This document shows positions 50,320-63,884 of a stretch of DNA of 63,884 nt, piece after piece. Under the pieces are notes generated by a model. That model made no database searches. It had not been told where the DNA came from and was given only the letters and a program-made list of their open reading frames with translations. The position numbers and the translations under genes were made by a program. The DNA is taken from positions 49,656,690 to 49,720,573 of the forward strand of contig NC_068999.1 in the NCBI RefSeq assembly GCF_001194135.2. Reading direction: 5' to 3'. This DNA comes from Octopus bimaculoides (taxonomy: Eukaryota). Within the stretch, counting starts at the first letter, position 1; every line of letters begins with the position of its first letter.

Positions 50320-50510
50320 CTCTGACTCCGTACTTGATTTTATCGTCTCTACCACCACCACCACCACAACATGCACACAACACACACCGTAGAGGAAAGG
50401 TATAGTTGAAACTTGATCTCAGCTGGCTTTGAACCCACAACATAAACAGCCGGTCGACAAATTATTTCAAGGCATTTTGTCCAACGATCTCACGATTTAA
50501 CGAATCTTTC
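50320..50510 (-). mobile_element. SINE family B, highly degenerate
   Basis: GTACTTGATTTTATCG..GAGGAAAGG..GGCTTTGAACCCAC..GGCATTTTGTCCAACG follows the reverse-complement layout of family B. Confidence 0.45.
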
Positions 50511-51204
50511 AATTCGTTGCCTCTTTATGAAATCAATATAAACAACGCAGCCCCCACCCCAAAAATCAGTAGCCTCCAACCTGCGTTAGAAATAATTATC
50601 CAGAATTCCGAGCCGTGGTTGACTTGATGGAGCAATTGACACAATAACGCCTGGTATTTAGTTCTTCGCTTCTGGTTGCTAAATCAAATCTCAACACAAT
50701 ACACTTTGAATCGATAAATAAGTCCAAGATAAGTAATAGTTTCGATTATATCGACCATGCCTCTTCCTCAAAACGTGTAGCTTTGTGTCTATGATAAAAT
50801 TGAACATTAAAATTTATTTTAACAGCAACACAAACGAAGGAGTTCGTTGAATTCAACATGTCTACATTTATATATCAGCGGATCTTGAAATAGAGTTTAT
50901 AGTTTAATTGCTGTTATGAAGATTGTTATAATGATGTCTAAACCTGAAGCAGAGTTACAAATTTTATGGTATGACTATCTCTCACTAAATCTAAGCAAGT
51001 AAATTTTCTGTGTTTATTTTATTAATCACAGATGAAAGACACTGTTAGTTTAGTAGTGTTTGCGTTCATAAGGAAGAGAAGCCATAACACTGAATTATGT
51101 ATAGTATCTAGTCAATTTACTGAATTTGAACATCCTCAAGGAATCCAAGCTCCAAATGTTTATCGCATCAGCTAACCACTGTTGAATCACCTTCAAATTT
51201 TCAG

Positions 51205-51370
51205 CATTTCGTCCTTCACGCTCTGAGTTCAAATTCCGCCGAGATCGACTTTGTCTTTCATTCCTTCTGGGTCGATAAAATAAGTACATGTTGAACACTG
51301 GTATCAATATCATCGATTTAGCGTTTCCAAACAAAATTTCAGGTCTTGTGCCCACAGCGGAAAAGGTTAT
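51205..51370 (+). mobile_element. SINE family B, 5'-truncated
   Basis: CTCTGAGTTCAAATTCCGCCGAGATCGACTTTGTCTTTCATTCCTTCTGGGTCGATAAAATAAGTAC..AGGTCTTGTGCC. Confidence 0.82.
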
Positions 51371-51586
51371 TAAGATACCACCCAAGTTAGTGCCTACTCG
51401 TCTCCAGGCCAAACATCACTTTCTCTGCACTCTCTCTGCGCTGCTAAGTCAATGTCAACCTATTACCTAGCCAACACTAAACTACCACTGCCTGGTTGCC
51501 ACCATACCATTGTCAAGTACCACCTAGCTACCAACAAATCAGCCAAGCCTAACATTAAACACCAGCAAGCCACAGGCTGGTCATCA

Positions 51587-51802
51587 TACGAGGGGGTTCT
51601 TAAAAGTTCCTGGCTTTAAGGGTGTCGCGAAAGGCCTGGCTGGAGGTCCAACCTTCCGAATTCCTTTCTTCGAAAAACTAAAGGACCGTTGCAATAAGTG
51701 TGTGAAGCTGAGAGGGGAACATGTTGAATAAAATCGTAATTAACTGATCCTTCTGTATTTGATTTTACCAAGAGCCTGGAAATTTTCAGCCCCAATCTCA
51801 TA
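51587..51802 (+). mobile_element. Internally deleted mariner element (MITE) with TA duplication
   Basis: TA-CGAGGGGGTTCTTAAAAGTTCCTGGCT ... AGCCTGGAAATTTTCAGCCCCAATCTCA-TA imperfect TIRs. Retains the transposase tail KLKDRCNKCVKLRGEHVE*. Confidence 0.82.
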
Positions 51803-52139
51803 AAACCAAAATATAAGCCACTCCCTAGCAACGATCAAACTGTCGCTAAGTCAATGAATAGCCGTCATTGAGACCTCACTTGATTCATTCGAGACTTATC
51901 TCAATAGCACTCTCTTGATATGGTTGATCTCAAGTGAACAAGAAACCGCTGGAATTCGATCCACGAAACGCCCATTCTCTAATTTCTACATGCAAACGCT
52001 TATTGAACATTCAGGTGTTATTTTTCAGTTAAGTGTACAATTATCAAGGTAGACAAACGTTTCCAATTCATTAAACGTATCAGATTGACTGTAACAAACG
52101 TGACACAGTAATCCATGTAGCTATCTACGAATATATATA

Positions 52140-52170
<31 letters not shown>

Positions 52171-52507
52171 TTGTGCACGAGTGTATATATATGTATATAT
52201 ATATATATGGACGTGAGTATTTGTGTATGTGTATGTGTTGTAACTTGAGTAGCAGACCTAGGAACAAGGAAAATTTAACTATTTCTCCCAAGATTGTGAA
52301 AATAACGAACAGCTTTAATTGATTTCAGAGCTTATATAGCGTCAACTGGTTAAGGTCAAGCAACTGACAAGCAAACCTGTTGTATTGAGCAGAATATTTT
52401 CTGTAGCCCATCTTTTATACGAAGACAAACCAATGCACATGATATCACTTCCAATCAGTTAAGATCGATCAGGAGCCGTGAGAGCCACTGCCTGGTACTG
52501 CATCAGA

Positions 52508-52538
<31 letters not shown>

Positions 52539-52583
52539 CTTCTTCTTCTTCTTCTTCTTCTTCTTCTTCTTCTTCTTCTTCTT

Positions 52584-52656
<73 letters not shown>
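52508..52656. repeat. (TTC)n(TTA)n compound microsatellite
   Basis: Directly visible. It may be the tail of the element ending ..GCCACTGCCTGGTACTGCATCAG just upstream, which could not be assigned. Confidence 0.9.
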
Positions 52657-52658
<2 letters not shown>

Positions 52659-52763
52659 CGGCAGTAATTACAGAGTGACTTAAATGCCAAGATTGTACNN
52701 NNNNNNNNNNNNNNNNNNNNNNNNNNNNNNNNNNNNNNNNNNNNNNNNNNNNNNNNNNNNNNN

Positions 52764-52821
<58 letters not shown>

Positions 52822-53748
52822 GTGTGTGTGTGTATGTGATAAACAGAGGGAAGAAATAAAGACGTTTAGAGTTTTGTCACAGGAGCCAATATTTGCGTGA
52901 GAAAAAGCCATTTGTAAATACAGCACCGTTTTATATCTCCTTATATTATTTGCCTCCAAACGATGAAGGGTTAAATTACGGTAAATGAGATGTAAACGCT
53001 AAGACGTCGAAAGTGACAACGAAACGCTGTAAAATATTTCATTGCAGCCAGCCTACACGCCATTTCTCTCAATGCACATCGTTTTCTCGTACATAATACT
53101 TTAAAAAAAATAATAACTAACCAATAATACGATAAAATAAAATAAAATAAAACACAGGCATATAAAATTCTATTGAAACAGAGCCTTTTGTATGCAAAAA
53201 GAGAAGAGAAAAATTATGGGGACAATCCTACTTAAAGTGAAACATTTACAATGCAGTAACATTTGCACGTACAAAAAAATAATAATCTGGAATTTTCTTT
53301 CTCTTCAAAGATGATATTCTGAAATTTTCGATGTAACAATGGAAAACTACAAAGAAATGTTTTGTTAACTGTTGAGATTAGCCGATTGTATAGAAGTATG
53401 ATGTGAATTGAAGATATTACACTATCCGAGCTACAAATTAAGTCTTAAAGATACAGGACTTGTCATATATATATATATATGCGCGCGCGCGCGCGCGCGT
53501 GTGTGTGTATTATTTTCAAGGAGGCTTTCCTCTTTTTTTTTCTGATTTTTCATTGTGCTACTTAAACTGGCTTATTGTTTCCATTGTTCTCGCTCCTTGT
53601 TCATATTTTTCTCTGTTTCATCTCGCTCTCTCTCCCCTCTCTCTCACTTGGTCTTTCACTCATGATCTCTCTTTCACCCTCTCTGCTCTGTCCCTTTTTC
53701 TCTCTCCGTTTCGGAACACATACACACACACACACACACACACGCATA

Positions 53749-53785
<37 letters not shown>

Positions 53786-54128
53786 GTATAATGTTTATAT
53801 ATATATANNNNNNNNNNNNNNNNNNNNNNNNNNNNNNNNNNNNNNNNNNNNNNNNNNNNNNNNNNNNNNNNNNNNNNNNNNNNNNNNNNNNNNNNNNNNN
53901 NNNNNNNNNNNNNNNNNNNNNNNNNNNNNNNNNNNNNNNNNNNNNNNNNNNNNNNNNNNNNNNNNNNNNNNNNNNNNNNNNNNNNNNNNNNNNNNNNNNN
54001 NNNNNNNNNNNNNNNNNNNNNNNNNNNNNNNNNNNNNNNNNNNNNNNNNNNNNNNNNNNNNNNNNNNNNNNNNNNNNNNNNNNNNNNNNNNNNNNNNNNN
54101 NNNNNNNNNNNNNNNNNNNNNNNNNNNN

Positions 54129-54165
<37 letters not shown>

Positions 54166-55603
54166 GAGAGAGAGAGAGAATGGGACTGAGAGAGTGAGAG
54201 AAAGAAAAAGAGAGGAAGAGTAAATGGCAGTAAAAGAAATTGACCCACTCACACAGACGGAAAAACAGACAGTAAGATGCATGGATATAGCCAGAGAGAG
54301 TGAGAGAGAGAGATAGAGAGATAGAGAGAGAAAGAGAGAGAAAGAAAGAGCGAGCAAGGCAGAGAGAAAGAGAGGGAGATAACAAAGAATACTTTTATAT
54401 GCAGAGACGCACATATCACATGCACGCGCGCGCACGCGCACACACGTACACACACACGTCCATATGCACGTACTAAGTGCATGTGTACGATTGTACATCT
54501 ATGTACACGTTGACGAACCGATCGACAGAAGAGAAACAGATATATTATAGTAACCACATTTGCTCACGCATACATCTCTACATGTAAATGTCCCCAACTG
54601 CCTACCACACCTCCCCCCTCCCCACCCTCCGTCAACTTCCTTATCTTCAAGTTAACCACCACCACCACCACCATCACTGTCATCATCATCGATACCGTTG
54701 TCAGTGATATTTTCTTCGCTGATGTACTATTGATGATTATCGTTATGATCATTGTCCAACTTGGTTTAACATTTATCAAGATAATTTGCATTTTTTTCCT
54801 CCCAGAAAAATATGTAAAAAGAAGGGAAAATAACTCGTAATTTTTGCGAAATATTCCACATGCAACACTCACACGCAGACATGGATATAACAGTTTTGTA
54901 AGCAAACATACACATACATGTAGATACATAAAAGAACACATATATACATTAATGTATATATATATATATATATATATATATNNNNNNNNNNNNNNNNNNN
55001 NNNNNNNNNNNNNNNNNNNNNNNNNNNNNNNNNNNNNNNNNNNNNNNNNNNNNNNNNNNNNNNNNNNNNNNNNNNNNNNNNNNNNNNNNNNNNNNNNNNN
55101 NNNNNNNNNNNNNNNNNNNNNNNNNNNNNNNNNNNNNNNNNNNNNNNNNNNNNNNNNNNNNNNNNNNNNNNNNNNNNNNNNNNNNNNNNNNNNNNNNNNN
55201 NNNNNNNNNNNNNNNNNNNNNNNNNNNNNNNNNNNNNNNNNNNNNNNNNNNNNNNNNNNNNNNNNNNNNNNNNNNNNNNNNNNNNNNNNNNNNNNNNNNN
55301 NNNNNNNNNNNNNNNNNNNNNNNNNNNNNNNNNNNNNNNNNNNNNNNNNNNNNNNNNNNNNNNNNNNNNNNNNNNNNNNNNNNNNNNNNNNNNNNNNNNN
55401 NNNNNNNNNNNNNNNNNNNNNNNNNNNNNNNNNNNNNNNNNNNNNNNNNNNNNNNNNNNNNNNNNNNNNNNNNNNNNNNNNNNNNNNNNNNNNNNNNNNN
55501 NNNNNNNNNNNNNNNNNNNNNNNNNNNNNNNNNNNNNNNNNNNNNNNNNNNNNNNNNNNNNNNNNNNNNNNNNNNNNNNNNNNNNNNNNNNNNNNNNNNN
55601 NNN

Positions 55604-55682
<79 letters not shown>

Positions 55683-56584
55683 CGTGTTTACATAAACGGA
55701 TACATTATAGCTGTTACAAATACTGAGAAGTGAATGCATAATGCGATATAACCCGTTATGGATAAAACATCGTAACTTCAATTTGTATATTTACAACCTA
55801 TTTAATCGCCGGATGATGAAGCTTACGAGTTTCTCACAGAAAATCAGGACACATATAAAGAGAAATACGTGATGCGCATATACCGTGTTTGTTATTCCTT
55901 TTCTATATGATCTGCATTATTCAAAGGTCTTTAACTTGATAGCTAAATCAATATCCCGTTCTTTAAATTTCCAGATGCGACTAGATGATGTTGTGACCTT
56001 CTTTTCTTCATGCCTGTAGGAAGTGTAATTACCCTGTAACGTATATTCATCATATTATTGTTTAGTTTTGTAGACGTGACTTTTATATCATATGTTATTG
56101 ACTTAGTGTTAAATGACATATTAAATGAGTATGGTTATGTGTGTCTGAATGTGTATATGATCTCAATTAATTTTGTTGGTTTGTACGTTTTAAGATAATT
56201 CATTTTGGAATTACAGCTGTAAATCATTTGAAGCCTGTTTCTAGTAAATATTCTCTGGCGGTAGTTGCTTGGGGAATACTGATTTATTAAGATTATGAAG
56301 ATCGAAGTAAAATTGGATTTAACGTTTAAGAGATGGTGAGTTTGTGAACTAGGTGGTGTTGCGGTCGTTCTTAGTATTGGGTGATATTAGGACAGTGTTA
56401 TATTTGATCTATGCGAAAAAACAATTTAACCCTTTGTCTTTCATGTATATCACATATGAAAAACATTACACATTTCCCTGACATCCATTCATCATATATA
56501 ATACACTTACCCAATTTTTTTCAACCACTAAAGTAACTTCCTGTGTAAATTTACTTAACATAACTTGTGTGGAAGACCGTCGTG

Positions 56585-56666
<82 letters not shown>

Positions 56667-56709
56667 NNNNNNNNNNCATATACATGCATACATACATACA
56701 TACATGCAT

Positions 56710-56744
<35 letters not shown>

Positions 56745-56892
56745 GGTAGATAGATAGATAGATAAAGATAGACGTATATGCATATATGAGCGTATGTGGT
56801 TTTGCGTTATTTTTTCCTCCTTCCACTGCTAGACTACAAATTCTGGTTTGTTTACACCCCCGAATCTCAGTAATTGTGTAAAAGGAGTAATC

Positions 56893-57025
56893 AATAGAAT
56901 AAGTACCAGATTTTTAAAACAAAAAAAAAAGGCATTAAGGGGTGTGCTCGATCAACCACACCCTTCAAGACGGTGCTCCAGCATGGCCACAGTCCAATGA
57001 TCGAAACAATTAAAAAAATCAAAAG
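56893..57025 (+). mobile_element. SINE family A 3' end
   Basis: AATAGAATAAGTACCAG..GACGGTGCTCCAGCATGGCCACAGTCCAATGATCGAAACAA. Confidence 0.75.
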
Positions 57026-57147
57026 ATACAAATAGATCATGGAAATATTTCTGACCAGCTCTTAAAGTTCCCACGTAAACAGTAATTAGTAAATTCACAG
57101 GACGGCTTACGTAGCTCTTGAAGTCCTTTTCATTCCAGCTACTGAAG

Positions 57148-57197
57148 CTTTTGTCTGAAGAAGCTATTTCCGTGTTTAAAGCGAATTATCTCAGAAG
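57148..57197 (+). ncRNA. Degenerate minimal type I hammerhead-like motif
   Basis: CTTTTGT CTGAAGA A GCT..AGC GAAT TATC TCAGAAG: intact CUGAAGA, 3-bp stem II, A15.1->U, AUC triplet, and 6 of 7 stem I pairs (one G-U). AATAAA about 45 nt downstream. Confidence 0.45.
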
Positions 57198-57334
57198 AAG
57201 TTTAAATTAGTTGACTTCAGCGATTGATGATCAGAATCAATCAATAAATGAACTCTGAAAAGATTACATTATGGAAGGAATGAAATATATTTAAGAGATG
57301 TTTGGCGAGAATTTAAGCATACTTGATTCTTTTA

Positions 57335-57480
57335 TCGTTTATCTTTTATTTTGTTTCAATCATTTGACTGCGGCCATGCTGGGGTAGCGCCTTGCAGGGC
57401 TTTTATTTTTAGTCGAATAAATCGACCCCAGGACATTTTTCTTCTTTCAAAGCTTGGTACTTATTCAGTCGGTCTCACCT
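57335..57480 (-). mobile_element. SINE family A 3' end
   Basis: TTGTTTCAATCATTTGACTGCGGCCATGCTGG..AAATCGACCCCAGGAC..GGTACTTATTC matches 1767-1868. Confidence 0.8.
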
Positions 57481-57648
57481 TTCCGATATATATGTAAATA
57501 TCCTCTCAAATAAATTTGCACGTCATTCTTGAAGCCCCGAAGAAGATATGATATGATGCACACACACTGAGCTTCATCTCTAAGCAGAAACAACTGTAAG
57601 CTAATGCGGTTCACTCTATAGTTTCCTGTTCCTTTGGCTTTCATATAT

Positions 57649-57720
<72 letters not shown>

Positions 57721-58118
57721 GTACATATATATATACATATATATAAATATATATACATGTCTGTATATATACACACATATGTGTATACACGTATATGTAA
57801 TGTATGTATTTATACACATATATATATATGTGTGTGTGCTTTTGAGTGAGTGAATGTGCGTGTAATTGTATGTACCAGCAATTGCCTGAATTTGGAATTT
57901 TAGTACAGTATACAATTAAGAGCTAACATATCTAATACATGCAACATTACAAAGCTAACTAGAAATAAGAATGCGGTAAGGAAAAATCAATATTTGTCAA
58001 TTACTAACATTATTTTCTTGGGTTCGGCAAACATGGGCGACAACTCCGGATATTTAGTTTAACTATAATCACTTTTCTTTGATCTCTATGTTCGTATTTA
58101 TCTCTCTCACGCTCTAAG

Positions 58119-58180
<62 letters not shown>

Positions 58181-58724
58181 GGAGCACATCTCCCTCGATA
58201 TGTATATATATGTATATATGTATATATACACACACATATATACCTCTATATATAAATACATATCTTTATATACATACATATATATATATATATNNNNNNN
58301 NNNNNNNNNNNNNNNNNNNNNNNNNNNNNNNNNNNNNNNNNNNNNNNNNNNNNNNNNNNNNNNNNNNNNNNNNNNNNNNNNNNNNNNNNNNNNNNNNNNN
58401 NNNNNNNNNNNNNNNNNNNNNNNNNNNNNNNNNNNNNNNNNNNNNNNNNNNNNNNNNNNNNNNNNNNNNNNNNNNNNNNNNNNNNNNNNNNNNNNNNNNN
58501 NNNNNNNNNNNNNNNNNNNNNNNNNNNNNNNNNNNNNNNNNNNNNNNNNNNNNNNNNNNNNNNNNNNNNNNNNNNNNNNNNNNNNNNNNNNNNNNNNNNN
58601 NNNNNNNNNNNNNNNNNNNNNNNNNNNNNNNNNNNNNNNNNNNNNNNNNNNNNNTATATATGTATGTATGTACATATATATATGTGTGTGTGTACACATA
58701 TATAACATACACAGATTTATATGC

Positions 58725-58775
<51 letters not shown>

Positions 58776-59489
58776 CACATAGACATAGAGATCAAAGAAC
58801 TTAGGAAATATCACAGTAGCTAAACTGGTCATAATAAAACCAAAAATATCCGGAATTTTCTCCTGTATTTGCCGAAAACAGGAAAATAATATTAGTATGT
58901 GACTAATATTGATTTTCTACTGCATATTTATTTCAAGTTAGCTTTTTCATGTTCCTTGCAATAAATATGTGGACACTAACTTAATTATATACTCTACTGA
59001 AAACGAAAATTCGAGTAACTTCCAAGTTAAAATAAAATCTGGAATGTAGAATTCGACAGCTCCTATGTACTTATCTCAATGTTCATTTGATCTAGAGATA
59101 GTTGGCGTTTATTGTTTATATACATTGTCCTTGAATCAACTGTCACCGGGATGTGTTTTCCCAAACCAAAACAGAATCTCTGTCACCATTAAATTAAGTA
59201 GGTCCTAACTTTAATGCTAAATGACTCTGTTAATAACATCAACAATGTATTTGCTAAGTTTCTTCTATTACTATGTAGAAATCTCCAAAATGTAACATCT
59301 GATATTGCCTGTTGTTCAGCATGGTAACAATGGACAGTAACAATAGTAAAGATCTGTGAAGTGTGTCCATATATCTATCTTCTCTTTGGTCATATACTCT
59401 CGCCATGAGATATTTGGAAACCTAATAAGTTTGCTGTTCGTGCCATTAAAGCAATCATGAAGAACTGCTTTTGATACGATGTGGGTGTT

Positions 59490-59790
59490 TCCAAAATACG
59501 AAATGGGTTGGTGTTCAACACGATAACAATTGCCAGCGAAACCTAACCTGCGTTGAGTAAAAATAATAGAAACTGTTGAAATGCGGCCATAAATCTCCCG
59601 TTTGGTATTCTGCTCACTTCATGAGATGTTTTGAGGTCTCACGAAAAGTTTGTTGTACAAACCTTCAAGGTGATCTTAGAGCTTCTATTTCATAGTCCAG
59701 GTTTTAATCCCATGCAGAAGAATACTTTCTATACTTTCTATACTTGCTCTGAAAAAAAACTCAGCCTTCAAAGTGTACTTTGAAATGCTT
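59490..59790 (-). mobile_element. RTE-type LINE reverse-transcriptase C-terminal fragment, decayed
   Basis: LKAEFFFRASIES(dup)ILLHGIKTWTMK*KL*DHLEGLYNKLFVRPQNIS*SEQNTKREIYGRISTVSIIFTQRRLGFAGNCYR corresponds to the FFRA.VES.LLYG.E.W..RRL.FAGHC.R motifs of RTE-like ORFs. Confidence 0.75.
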
Positions 59791-60632
59791 AAAATGTGGT
59801 GAAGAAGAATACTGAAAAAAAGGTGTCATTGGAGCATACTTCAATTTTAAAATTTCATATTTTAGAAAAAATCATCAGTCACATACATTATCAGAACTGT
59901 TAATATACATAAAAAAAATTAAGAAAAAATTATGAGTAATAAGTTCTACAAATTACCTTTTGCATTACTCTAAGAATCGCCAGAAACACAAATACATAAA
60001 TTATACAACATGGTGTAGATGTTTTACTCTAACCTTCAAACTCTATTCAACATCAACTGACCTAATTAATATTTTAACTGAAATGACAGCTGTTGATTAT
60101 TCCACTGTTTTGGATGCCTGTCCTCAGTATTCCTCTATCAAAATAGAAAAATCTTTGGATTAATTGAATTGATTCTTTCTACAGATTGTCAGCATTCCAA
60201 TAGTATTTAAGTCGGAGAGTATGGTAGGGCAATTTTATTTGATTATTCCTATTCCTATTCACATACGAAACCGTCTGAACATTGTGCGACAGTCCCTATC
60301 ATAAACACACACGTATAAACCGAGTTGGATACGGATTTTTATATAATGGCTTAAGCAAATCGTCCTTTATCAGTTAGTCTCATGTATCCTCTTGAGATGG
60401 CGAAACGATCTCTCAGCTTTTCCTTATGAATATCTTATGCTGTCACAACTAGCTTGAGAACTACTTACGAAATACTTGCTATTATCTTTAAAGCAGTTAC
60501 GAATCTTTTAAAAACGATTTTAGCTTATCTCAACATATACATAATTACATTTCACTTATTTAATGAGCTGTTGATGAGGTAAACGAGAAAGAAAAAATAT
60601 ATAACAAGAAAAACGTTTATTAAGCAATAATT

Positions 60633-60722
60633 GATATTAATTCCAAATTTTGGCACAAGACCATCACATCCGGGGGAGGGCGTTTAAGTCAACTACATCG
60701 ACCCCCAGCGCTCAAATAGTAC
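60633..60722 (-). mobile_element. SINE family B 3' fragment
   Basis: TTCCAAATTTTGGCACAAGACC..TACATCGACCCCCAGCGCTCAA. Confidence 0.65.
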
Positions 60723-61808
60723 GGAAGAATAAAATGATATAATGTTGGACCGGGTTAACTTGCAGTTGATTCTTCAAAACTGTCAAGCCAACTGGTAGAG
60801 GTACCGATGTAGGCTTGTAAAGTTTATTATTATCCGTTTTACATTTGTGATGATAGAATCTAAATAGTGTTGCCTAAATAGTGTTTTCTTGTATTAATAA
60901 GTTTACATTTTGGTTTAACTGAGAAATAATAGCATTATGATTCTTTAATGTTATGTAAGGTCTGCGTGGGTTGAGACGTTCTAATGAATCTGAATTACTT
61001 GAATATATTAGTAAAACCATCGTCACGTCGTTGTAGATATTGCATGCATTTGTGCTTGTTTATATATTTACATTACATATTTTACTTTCAATCTTCTAGT
61101 TTGAACAGATTTTCAGTTTCCTCGGCTTTACAAGCATGAATATATTCAGAATTTAGAAGCAGTAAAATTTGCTAACTCAGCGTATTTTAGAAGGCATTTA
61201 ATGAATGTAATTAAATCCGTTTCGACAACTGCTGAGGTCTTGATTTTTGCAAGAGATTCCTAATAGCTTTGAAACCAATTTTTGTCGTTTAGGGCAACGT
61301 CTTTTCAGAATGTTTCATCGGGGATTCACGTAAGCAATTTAAAATTTGCTTAGATTTATAGAAAAACACTGAAAAAGGTTAAGAATTCATTTAAATGTAT
61401 ATCCCTATTGAAGAAAAACTTCAATTACGTTCTATTTTTTTATGACGCTACGAGACTATCCAGTTTCTGTTCCCAGACTATTGAAAAGTAATATCGATTT
61501 CAACGAATGGGCATTTGATATTCATCTGTATTGTAAGTAATTCGCTTCTATATGCACATATGGTAGCTATTCTGCAATTGTTATATATTTACATTTACAA
61601 CACTTGTTCTTAGTTTTTGCCTTTCGTTTCTTTTTTGTATTTCCTTTCTACGTTTTGGGAAAATTAAATCTCTTTAATTCGTACACTTTGAGCATCATTG
61701 TATGTATTTAAGCATATGCTGCCTATGTACGTACATACACAGACACGATACACAAACCTATACTCATATACACAAATATATATACATAAATATATATATG
61801 TATATATT

Positions 61809-61864
<56 letters not shown>

Positions 61865-62194
61865 TATGTACATTATCCATAGATATATTTAGGCAGATAT
61901 ATGCGAGTATGTATGTCTATATCTGCATGCATACTCGTATCTGTGTGCATGTGTGGGCAGTTGTGTGGTGTGCGTGTTTGCGTGTATATTCTGTTATCGA
62001 GTTACTGAATTTAGTCATTGCACTGCGGTTACACTGGATAATCATTTTCAGGGAGTTTTAGTCATTAACACACGTTTTTGAAATCGGAGGTGTTGGGTCA
62101 AATATATAACCAGAAACACGAGAACAAAGATATATGTACATAGATGCATACATACACTCAAACATACATACATACGGTTCCAAACATACACACA

Positions 62195-62235
<41 letters not shown>

Positions 62236-62247
62236 ACATATATATTA

Positions 62248-62401
62248 TCATCATCGTTTAACGTCCGCTTTCCATGCTAGCATGGGTTGGACGATTTGAC
62301 TGAGGACTGTCAAGCCAGAAGGCTGCACCAGGCTCCAATCTGATCTGGCAGAGTTTCTACAGCTGGATGCCCTTCCTAACGCCAACCACTCCGAGAGTGT
62401 A

Positions 62402-62402
<1 letters not shown>
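62248..62402 (-). mobile_element. Ceph-domain / RTE-tailed SINE 3' portion
   Basis: Minus strand GGTTGGCGTTAGGAAGGGCATCCAGCTGTAGAAAC..GCATGGAAAGCGGACGTTAAACGATGATGA: RTE-related middle and 3' sequence with a (GAT)n end. Confidence 0.75.
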
Positions 62403-62442
<40 letters not shown>

Positions 62443-63884
62443 CGCAAGATTCCGGTCAGTTGCTCTTAGTGTAGGCTCTTAGCGAGGAAAGTTTACACTT
62501 TAAGTTAAAATCTTAGCTGTGTTGATGATGTTGATGCATGTTTACTAGCAAAGAGCTCCAGTGATTGTGTGAACTCGCAGATCTAAAATTTGGAAAGTTT
62601 CATGAAAAGTATATTTGTATGCAGAGTTCAATGTAACCTCCTGTCCTCTCAGGGTCGGTGAAAAAATACTAATGAAGGACGATATTGGTCCTCTAAGAAA
62701 GTCTAACTGGACATCTTGCATAATTTATATCGGTTCACTGCGTTCTGCGTTCAAATTCCGTTATGGCCTACTTGGATTGTAGATACGCAGTGATATGGCT
62801 TAACCACCATCAGGCATTTATAAATGTATGTATTTATGGATGTACGTATGTATGTATGTATATACGTATGCATGTATTTATGTATGCACTTACGTATGCA
62901 TTAATGTATGTACATACGTATGTATGTACATATGTATGTATATATGTATGTATGCATGCATGCATGTATGTATTTATGTATGTATGCATGCATACATATA
63001 TGTATTCATGCATGTATATATGTATGTATGCATGTATGTACGCATGTATGTATGTATGTACTTATGTATGTTTATTTTCACGTGGGTATCTATGCATTTA
63101 TGGATGTATGGATGTGTGTGTATGTATTTATACTTTCGTGTGTGTATGTGTGTGTTTTTGTACGTGACTGCGTGTGTGTGAATGTTTGAATAAAATGCCT
63201 ACTGTCTGTGTTAGCCGAGATCTAAGTTGGCCATTGCGGCCTCCACAAACTTCATATCGCGTGTTGTAATGTTTGCATGATTTCACGATGCATCGAGAGT
63301 TGTATTTCAGGTTCGAATCAATTACGGTTGACTGATATTAAAAAAGTATTCTGCGCATAATGTGTGCCCTTGATATGCATACTGCTGATATAACAAATCC
63401 TTATACCTTTGCACTGCTACGGCTTGTCTTGATTCACTTAGGCACGGCCATACCGCAGCACGTCTTAAAATGTTCAAAACAGCCTGTTTAGCCATATGAA
63501 CATCATTCTGTTCCGCTTTCTTTCTTGCTCTCTCTCTCTTTCTTTCTCCTTCTCACACACGTACACACACACACATACACACACATACATACGCACACAC
63601 ACTCTTTCTTCTATATAACTCCTCGATCTATATAACAATTTTCACGTCATATATCGGCCACCATTGGTTTATATATTTTATACGGAAAGTAATTTTACCA
63701 TGGATTTAATGGAGAACTTGTTTGCCAGTGTATGTGCGTGTTTGTGTGCCGGCGATGTGCTGCTGTGTGCGTGGGGGTGGGTCGTTGATGTGTGTGTGAT
63801 ATGTGTGATGTGTGTGTGTGTGCTTGTGTGTGTGTGTGTGTGTGTGGAAAGAGAAAGGATCTGACGTGTTTGGAGGCACGCAGC

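Noticed and set aside
59300-59560. Apparent minus-strand exon with strong acceptor (LGFAGNCYRVEHQP..)
   Set aside because: The upstream frame continues into RTE reverse-transcriptase motifs, so it is LINE debris.
63440-63475. GGCCATACCG resembling the 5S rRNA 5' end
   Set aside because: Better explained as a decayed SINE family A tail (GCGGCCATGCTGGAGCAC); there is no 5S internal promoter.

Overview
AT-rich, microsatellite-saturated eukaryotic scaffold with more than 20 N-gaps, nearly all abutting (AT)n, (CA)n or (GA)n tracts. The repeat content points to a cephalopod, most likely Octopus; this is an inference. No intact protein-coding gene can be supported. The supplied ORFs are almost all microsatellite or N read-throughs or transposon debris, so the window is intergenic or deep-intronic. 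Recognisable content: about 14 copies or fragments of one tRNA-head SINE (family B), one full and several partial copies of a composite CORE-type SINE (family A), a third tRNA-head SINE and a Ceph-type SINE tail. There are four fragments of restriction-like-endonuclease (R4/Dong-type) LINEs and two RTE LINE fragments. DNA transposon relics comprise a DD37D (maT) transposase pseudogene, a Tc1 5' end, a mariner MITE and a fold-back MITE. The most interesting signal is a set of eight type I hammerhead-ribozyme-like motifs from several unrelated sequence families. The best is at 20543-20586 and folds into all three stems. Each complete motif has at least one core substitution. They suggest Penelope-like or retrozyme-type small retroelements. 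A few unique stretches could be exons, but none can be assigned.
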